Notes under the pieces: generated by a model
The model's input: the letters and a program-made list of their open reading frames with translations, nothing else
Databases searched by the model: none
Told to the model about the DNA's origin: nothing
Shown here: piece by piece, positions 26,753 through 32,000 of the stretch
Layout of the letters: each line of letters starts with the position of its first letter
Position numbering within the stretch: the stretch's first letter is position 1
Source of the DNA: Nostoc sp. PCC 7120 = FACHB-418
GTDB lineage: Bacteria > Cyanobacteriota > Cyanobacteriia > Cyanobacteriales > Nostocaceae
Direction of reading: 5' to 3'
DNA length: 32,000 nt
NCBI RefSeq assembly: GCF_000009705.1
Contig: NC_003272.1
Span: 5,040,001-5,072,000, forward strand
Position numbers and translations under genes: made by a program

Positions 26753-27571
26753 CTAATTTCTAGGTTCTACTTGATAATATTTTTGTAATATTTTATAAAG
26801 TGATTGATGCTTCTCCAGCAATTGCTGTGGTTTTTCAAAGAATGTTTCAGTCGTCACAGCAAAAAACTCGGCGGGGTTAGTCGCGCCGTAAGCATTTATT
26901 ACAGTCTTTCTTCCTTCTTGAACATCATTGCAGAGTTGTTGGTATTCTGCGGTCATTACTTTAGACCAAATGGGATAATCTGATTTGTTTGGCAAAATAG
27001 GTACACCATCAGCCTTACCATCTTCTTGATCTAATTGGTGGGCAAATTCATGTAGAACAACATTATGTCCATCTTGCCAGTTGTGAATATCGTATTGTAT
27101 CTGTTCCCAAGATAATATAAGTTGGTCTTTAGTCCATGATTCTCCTAATCTGGCATCACGCCTTTCTTCGACAATATAATTATCAACGGCAACGGTTTGG
27201 GTGACAAAATAAGTGCTGGGATAGATTAAAATTGAGCGCAGTTTTGGAAAATATTCTCCTCGCTCATTAAGTAGGAGTAAACAGGCTACAGCAGCGATTG
27301 TTAATTTCATTTCTTCGGTTACCTGCAAGCCTCTACAGCCAATAAATTGTTTCTCTGCTAAAAATACTTGAACATGTCCTTGTAGCCGTCGCCGTTCTTC
27401 AGGAGAAAGTCGAAGGTAAATAGGCAGATTATTTTCAATAATGGCATTCCAAAGTGGAGGAAACGGACGTTCTTTAATGCGATATCTGCGTTTGTTTCTC
27501 AGGATGGGACTGATGAAAATCAAACCAATAACTAGACCAATAATGATAAAAATAATAATTGATTTCAACAT
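26753..27571 (-). CDS. MtfA-like zinc metallopeptidase (M90 family) with an N-terminal TM anchor
   Basis: 272 aa with an HEFAHQLD (HExxH) motif and a downstream NPAEFFAVTTETFF motif typical of MtfA-type proteins. The N-terminus, MLKSIIIFIIIGLVIGLIFISPIL, is hydrophobic. Confidence 0.8.
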   Translation of the reverse strand: MLKSIIIFIIIGLVIGLIFISPILRNKRRYRIKERPFPPLWNAIIENNLPIYLRLSPEERRRLQGHVQVFLAEKQFIGCRGLQVTEEMKLTIAAVACLLLLNERGEYFPKLRSILIYPSTYFVTQTVAVDNYIVEERRDARLGESWTKDQLILSWEQIQYDIHNWQDGHNVVLHEFAHQLDQEDGKADGVPILPNKSDYPIWSKVMTAEYQQLCNDVQEGRKTVINAYGATNPAEFFAVTTETFFEKPQQLLEKHQSLYKILQKYYQVEPRN

Positions 27572-27813
27572 TACTTGTGCCTATGGATGTTATGGAGCGA
27601 TTTTACGCTACCCTAACACTAAGATACTTTCTACTCAGTTGTTTTCAAGTTGAATAATTGTGTCAAAACTGCTTCTCAAAATCTCAATAATCTTGTGAGT
27701 TGAACAGTTGCCAATACGAAGCTAGATAAACTTTATCGCACAAGCGCCCATGCAAAACGTTAAAGCCAACGATCGCCATCACTAGAAAAAGTATACTCTA
27801 GTCATCTGAATCT

Positions 27814-27837
27814 GATTATTAGCGATCGCTAATAATC
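27814..27837. promoter_or_regulatory. 24-bp perfect palindrome centred on HIP1, upstream of ilvA (candidate operator or hairpin)
   Basis: GATTATTAGCGATCGCTAATAATC is its own reverse complement. It ends 68 nt before the ilvA ATG. Confidence 0.4.
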
Positions 27838-27905
27838 GTCAAAGCATAAGGACAAACTTAACGTAAAATTATCTTTTATCTACCCCTCCTCACTCCATCT
27901 ACCCC

Positions 27906-29417
27906 ATGTTTTGCGACTACCTGGTACAAATTCTGACTGCCCGTGTGTATGATGTTGCCCAGGAATCACCTCTGGAATATGCCCCCAATCTTTCAGCCAG
28001 ACTGAATAATAAACTGTTGCTGAAGCGTGAGGATATGCAGTCTGTGTTTTCCTTTAAGCTGCGGGGTGCTTACAACAAGATGGTGAATCTACCGCCGGAT
28101 TTACTGGCACAGGGTGTAATTGCGGCTTCTGCGGGGAATCATGCCCAAGGTGTGGCTCTAGGCGCAAAACAGCTAGGAACGAGAGCGATTATTGTCATGC
28201 CGGTTACTACACCCCAGGTGAAGGTAGATGCAGTTAAAGCACGAGGAGGAGAGGTGGTATTGCATGGGGATACCTATGATGATGCCTATGCCTACGCGCG
28301 CCAATTGGAAGCAGAGAAAGGTTTAACATTTATTCACCCCTTTGATGATCCTCATGTAATTGCGGGACAGGGAACTATTGGGATGGAAATTCTCAGACAA
28401 TATCAGCAACCTATTCATGCAATTTTTGTTGCTATTGGCGGCGGCGGTTTGATTTCGGGGATTGCTGCTTATGTAAAACGCTTACGTCCAGAAATTAAAA
28501 TTATTGGGGTTGAACCGGTTGACGCTGATGCCATGAACCAATCCTTGCAAGCTGGTAAACGGGTGCGATTGTCACAGGTGGGTTTATTTGCCGATGGGGT
28601 AGCAGTGCGGGAAGTGGGAGAAGAAACCTTCCGGCTGTGTCAGGAATATGTGGACGAGATTATTTTGGTCGATACAGATGACACCTGTGCAGCGATTAAG
28701 GATGTATTTGAAGATACCAGATCTATTTTAGAACCGGCGGGGGCATTGGCGATCGCCGGCGCTAAAGCTTATGTAGAACGAGAACAAATCCAAGGACAAA
28801 CTTTAGTTGCTGTCGCCTGCGGCGCAAATATGAATTTTGACCGTCTGCGCTTTGTTGCAGAACGGGCAGAATTTGGTGAACGCCGCGAAGCTATCTTTGC
28901 AGTGACAATTCCTGAAACACCTGGGAGTTTGCGGAAGTTTTGCGAATGTATTGGTAGACGCAATTTGACAGAGTTTAACTATCGCATTGCTGATGAAAAA
29001 ATTGCCCATATTTTTATTGGGATGCAGATTCAAAACCGTGCTGATAAAATTCACATGGTAGAGACTTTTGCAGAATGTGGTTTTGAAATCCTCGATTTAA
29101 CAGATGATGAACTGACAAAACTGCACTTGCGCCACATGGTGGGTGGACATTCTCCCCTAGCCCATAATGAATTACTCTACCGTTTTGAATTTCCGGAACG
29201 CCCTGGCGCATTGATGAAATTTGTTGCCTCCATGAGTCCTAATTGGAATATCAGTATGTTTCACTACCGCAACAATGGCTCAGACTACGGGCGCATTGTG
29301 GTAGGAATGCAAGTCCCACCGCAGGAAATGGAAGAATGGCAAGCATTTCTCGATTCCCTCGGCTACCAGTATTGGGATGAAAGCCAGAACCCAGCCTATA
29401 AGCTATTTTTGGGTTAG
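27906..29417 (+). CDS. ilvA: Biosynthetic threonine ammonia-lyase (threonine dehydratase)
   Basis: 503 aa. It has a PLP-lysine motif (SFKLRGA), a GGGGL glycine loop, and two C-terminal ACT-like regulatory repeats, as expected for the long biosynthetic IlvA. Confidence 0.95.
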   Translation: MFCDYLVQILTARVYDVAQESPLEYAPNLSARLNNKLLLKREDMQSVFSFKLRGAYNKMVNLPPDLLAQGVIAASAGNHAQGVALGAKQLGTRAIIVMPVTTPQVKVDAVKARGGEVVLHGDTYDDAYAYARQLEAEKGLTFIHPFDDPHVIAGQGTIGMEILRQYQQPIHAIFVAIGGGGLISGIAAYVKRLRPEIKIIGVEPVDADAMNQSLQAGKRVRLSQVGLFADGVAVREVGEETFRLCQEYVDEIILVDTDDTCAAIKDVFEDTRSILEPAGALAIAGAKAYVEREQIQGQTLVAVACGANMNFDRLRFVAERAEFGERREAIFAVTIPETPGSLRKFCECIGRRNLTEFNYRIADEKIAHIFIGMQIQNRADKIHMVETFAECGFEILDLTDDELTKLHLRHMVGGHSPLAHNELLYRFEFPERPGALMKFVASMSPNWNISMFHYRNNGSDYGRIVVGMQVPPQEMEEWQAFLDSLGYQYWDESQNPAYKLFLG

Positions 29418-29430
29418 AGATGACAGCCCA

Positions 29431-30903
29431 CTATTTGAATTCTATAAAAGACAAATCTTCAGCAAGAATCAAGTTAATTTCGTAATCATCTAACTCTTGT
29501 AAATGTGTAACGATGCGGTTAGCTTGTTGTTCAATGCTGCGTTCAAATAGCGCCCGCGCAAAGCGTCCATTACCAAAACTTTTGTCCCGTTTGGCGTAGG
29601 CGACCTCAAAGGTGGCTTGCAGCACGATAATGGCTGAGGAGTCTAAAATATAACCGTTGTCTTGACAGAATTTCTTGAAAATCAATAGCAACTGATTGGG
29701 AGTGTAGTGATCAAGATAAAATAACCGATTTAACCGTGATTTAAAACCGGGGTTTAACTCTAATAAGCGATCCATTTCATCAGTGTAGCCGGCGACAACC
29801 ACAGCCATGTGATCGCGGTAATCTTCCATGCGTTTAATTAATATCTGCAATGCTTCCTTGCCAAAATCGCTAGGGGTATCTTCAGCCGCTAAGGCGTGGG
29901 CTTCGTCAATGAACAAAACACCGCCGATGGCTTGGTGTACAGCACTTTCCATTCGTAGGGCAGTTTGTCCAATATAACCGCCAATGATGCCGGCGCGATC
30001 GGTTTCAACAACGTGTCCCCGTGGAAAAAATCCCATTTGTTTATATAAACGCCCTACCAAACGGGCGATGGTCGTCTTACCTGTACCTGGGGGGCCGTAA
30101 AGCATTAGGTGTAGTGAAGTGTCTACTATTTTTAGTCCTCGTTTTCTCCGTTCCGTTTGTACTTTCAAGTAGTTGGCTAAGGAGAAAAGTTGATGTTTAG
30201 TTTGCTCATGCCCAACTAATGCCTTTAAGTCTGCAAACACAGCTTCTACAGTATCCTTTTCTGGGGGGTCATGCTCAACAAAAGAGGCTTTTGTCTCCTG
30301 CTTAGAATCACGAGTATCACTATGACTATCAACCGATTCTTTTTCCGTATCGGGAGCGCTGACAATTAAACTATGGACTTTCATTTTGATTTTGTCATGA
30401 ATCACAAAACCAAAATTTTTCCCTGAGACATCAACTAACTTATCGGCAGGAAATTTATCTACTAAAGTACTGTTGATATAGAACTCTACCATATTACCCA
30501 CACGGGTAATTTCTAAAAGGTTAACCGAGTCACTACGGTGAATGCGATCGCACCTTTTCCAATCTGTGTAATTAATAAAGTTACCATCTTTGATTTCCGT
30601 GATGCGATAGTGACCATTGCCCGAAATCACGAACTCAAAGAAATTGCTAACGTCTGACAATCCCCAGACAAAACCATAACCATGATCATCTACACCAGCA
30701 GCTTTTTCTAGAACTATATGAATATGAAAATTCGTTCTCTCATAAAAGAACTCGGCTGAGTTCCACGATAGCCAATATGTATCACCTGCACGTTTATGGT
30801 CAAATACATAATGACTCACGTCCATGCAAAGGCTACACTCTTCACTATCTCGTGTTACCCAGCTACAGCGATTGTCTTGAAAATGCTCTTCAAAAATCAG
30901 CAT
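29431..30903 (-). CDS. AAA+ ATPase (CbbX/SpoVK-like module) fused to an unassigned N-terminal domain of about 185 aa
   Basis: 490 aa. Walker A is GPPGTGKTT (nt ~30073-30096) and Walker B is VLFIDEAH. GYTDEMDRLLELNPGFKSRL is typical of the CbbX/SpoVK clade. An acidic/Ser-rich linker spans aa 186-220. Confidence 0.88.
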   Translation of the reverse strand: MLIFEEHFQDNRCSWVTRDSEECSLCMDVSHYVFDHKRAGDTYWLSWNSAEFFYERTNFHIHIVLEKAAGVDDHGYGFVWGLSDVSNFFEFVISGNGHYRITEIKDGNFINYTDWKRCDRIHRSDSVNLLEITRVGNMVEFYINSTLVDKFPADKLVDVSGKNFGFVIHDKIKMKVHSLIVSAPDTEKESVDSHSDTRDSKQETKASFVEHDPPEKDTVEAVFADLKALVGHEQTKHQLFSLANYLKVQTERRKRGLKIVDTSLHLMLYGPPGTGKTTIARLVGRLYKQMGFFPRGHVVETDRAGIIGGYIGQTALRMESAVHQAIGGVLFIDEAHALAAEDTPSDFGKEALQILIKRMEDYRDHMAVVVAGYTDEMDRLLELNPGFKSRLNRLFYLDHYTPNQLLLIFKKFCQDNGYILDSSAIIVLQATFEVAYAKRDKSFGNGRFARALFERSIEQQANRIVTHLQELDDYEINLILAEDLSFIEFK

Positions 30904-31116
30904 TGCGTTCCTCTGTAGCTCTGTGTGTAAAATCAGCTGCTAGCTATTTCACTCTAACAAGAGGTTTTATGATTTTATAACCCCTCTCCCTGGCAGAAGA
31001 GCCATTAACTTATTCAGCAACTTTCTAAATAAAACAGCAGCAATTTTAGACATCAGCTTGTTTTGTAAATGTTTACCGTGAATTAGCTGCTGTCTAGAAG
31101 CATCAACCTGTGATTT

Positions 31117-31176
31117 GAGGGGTGTAAGGGTGTAGGGGTGTAAGGGTTTGAAAAATTTACATCCTTGTTCAAATCC
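31117..31176. repeat. GGGTGTA-type heptamer repeat related to the element at 15129-15265
   Basis: gaggggtgtaagggtgtaggggtgtaagggtttgaaaaatttacatcc shares ggtgtaagggttt(c/g)aa..attta with 15185-15210. Track ORF 30967-31218 overlies it. Confidence 0.6.
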
Positions 31177-31282
31177 CAGCCTCACCCAGAGAAGGCTAGG
31201 GCTGGTATTATTTACCAAGCAAGTTGCTTAACGCCGCGCTACCGCTAATAGTCCTTAGATTCTTTACTCTCCACAGATCAAA

Positions 31283-32000
31283 ATGTCACTAACTGCATCT
31301 TCCACACCTCAAGGATTTAGTACCTTTATTACTAATTTGGGTATACGTGATACTACTGAAGATTTTGTATTCTTACGATCAGATGTACCTTGTGTAGCTG
31401 ATGGCGTATTTACTCAAAGCCTTTTCGCTGGGCCTAGTGTGACTATTAGCCGTCAAAATTTACAAGATGGGCAAGCACAAGGGATTATTATAATTTCCAA
31501 AAATGCCAACGTTGCTAATGGTGCTGTGGGGATTGCTGATGCTCAAGAGATTATACAACTCGTGGCACAGGAAACTGGGATTGCTGCCGAAAATTTGGCG
31601 ATCGCATCCACTGGGGTAATTGGTAGACGTTACCCCATAGAAAAAATTCGCGCTGGCTTGGTGGGAATGGGTCAAAAACTAACTGCTGCCGATTTTGACT
31701 TAGCTGCACGGGGTATTATGACCACCGACACCGTATCTAAAATCGCTGCACGACAAGTTGGTAATGCCAAATTGGTGGGTATTGCTAAAGGTGTCGGCAT
31801 GATTGAGCCGAATATGGCGACAATGTTAGCTTTCTTTTTTACTGATGCCGCGATTTCTGCCAATACACTGCGTCAAATTTTTCGCTCTACCATAGATAAA
31901 ACATTTAATTGTTTAAGCATAGATACTGATACTTCTACTAGTGATAGTGCGGTAATTTTGGCGAATGGTTTAGCGGGTGAAGTTCCTGAAGCAGAATTTG
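31283..32000 (+). CDS. argJ: ArgJ-family protein (ornithine acetyltransferase / N-acetylglutamate synthase), 5' partial
   Basis: The frame is open from the ATG at 31283 to the window end, so it is absent from the ORF track. The translation MSLTASSTPQGFSTFITNLGIRDTTEDFVFLRSD...FTQS...ISKNANVANG...TGVIGRRYP...GIMTTDT...GIAKGVGMIEPNMATML matches ArgJ landmarks (KG(S/V)GMI.PNMATML). Confidence 0.85.
   Translation, partial: MSLTASSTPQGFSTFITNLGIRDTTEDFVFLRSDVPCVADGVFTQSLFAGPSVTISRQNLQDGQAQGIIIISKNANVANGAVGIADAQEIIQLVAQETGIAAENLAIASTGVIGRRYPIEKIRAGLVGMGQKLTAADFDLAARGIMTTDTVSKIAARQVGNAKLVGIAKGVGMIEPNMATMLAFFFTDAAISANTLRQIFRSTIDKTFNCLSIDTDTSTSDSAVILANGLAGEVPEAEF

Noticed and set aside
28769-29211. 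Three minus-strand ORFs inside ilvA
   Set aside because: They are antisense within a full-length, motif-complete ilvA CDS.
30967-31218. 83-aa minus-strand ORF
   Set aside because: It spans the GGGTGTA heptamer repeat, so part of the peptide is translated repeat. It has no RBS and lies in the divergent AAA+/argJ promoter region.
31460-31863. Minus-strand ORFs 31460-31675 and 31672-31863
   Set aside because: They are antisense to the argJ-like reading frame, which has clear family motifs and stays open to the window end.

Overview
This window is chromosomal DNA from a heterocystous, Nostoc/Anabaena-type cyanobacterium. The assignment rests on frequent HIP1 palindromes (GCGATCGC), heptameric STRR-type tandem repeats, an ndhN gene, and a ribosomal-protein cluster that lacks rpsJ, rpsN and rpmD, as is usual in cyanobacteria. 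Positions 1-12366 (minus strand) hold the contiguous S10/spc/alpha-type operon: rplC-rplD-rplW-rplB-rpsS-rplV-rpsC-rplP-rpmC-rpsQ-rplN-rplX-rplE-rpsH-rplF-rplR-rpsE-rplO-secY-adk-infA-rpmJ-rpsM. rpmJ is missing from the ORF track and was recovered by hand. Almost every intercistronic spacer longer than about 40 nt is filled with heptamer arrays. An 887-bp divergent intergenic region separates rplC from ndhN. Positions 13.9-23 kb carry mixed housekeeping and accessory genes: GNAT, a hypothetical protein, a lone ABC-2 permease, a secreted pentapeptide-repeat protein, an epoxide-hydrolase-like alpha/beta hydrolase, an EEP-family protein with cardiolipin synthase, and an SGDEF-EAL membrane protein. 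Positions 23.2-26.75 kb form an AT-rich islet with no HIP1 from 24030 onward, containing a DUF2335 membrane protein, a Uma2-family gene broken by one in-frame TAA, and a tightly linked pair: a DUF262 (GmrS-like, no DUF1524 nuclease) protein plus a small Rx4H HEPN-like protein. That pair is the best candidate for an uncharacterised defence/abortive-infection system. The remainder is a membrane-anchored MtfA-like peptidase, ilvA (with a 24-bp perfect palindrome upstream), a CbbX/SpoVK-type AAA+ ATPase fused to an unassigned N-terminal domain, and the 5' part of an argJ-like gene. I found no rRNA, tRNA, CRISPR array, transposase or integrase.
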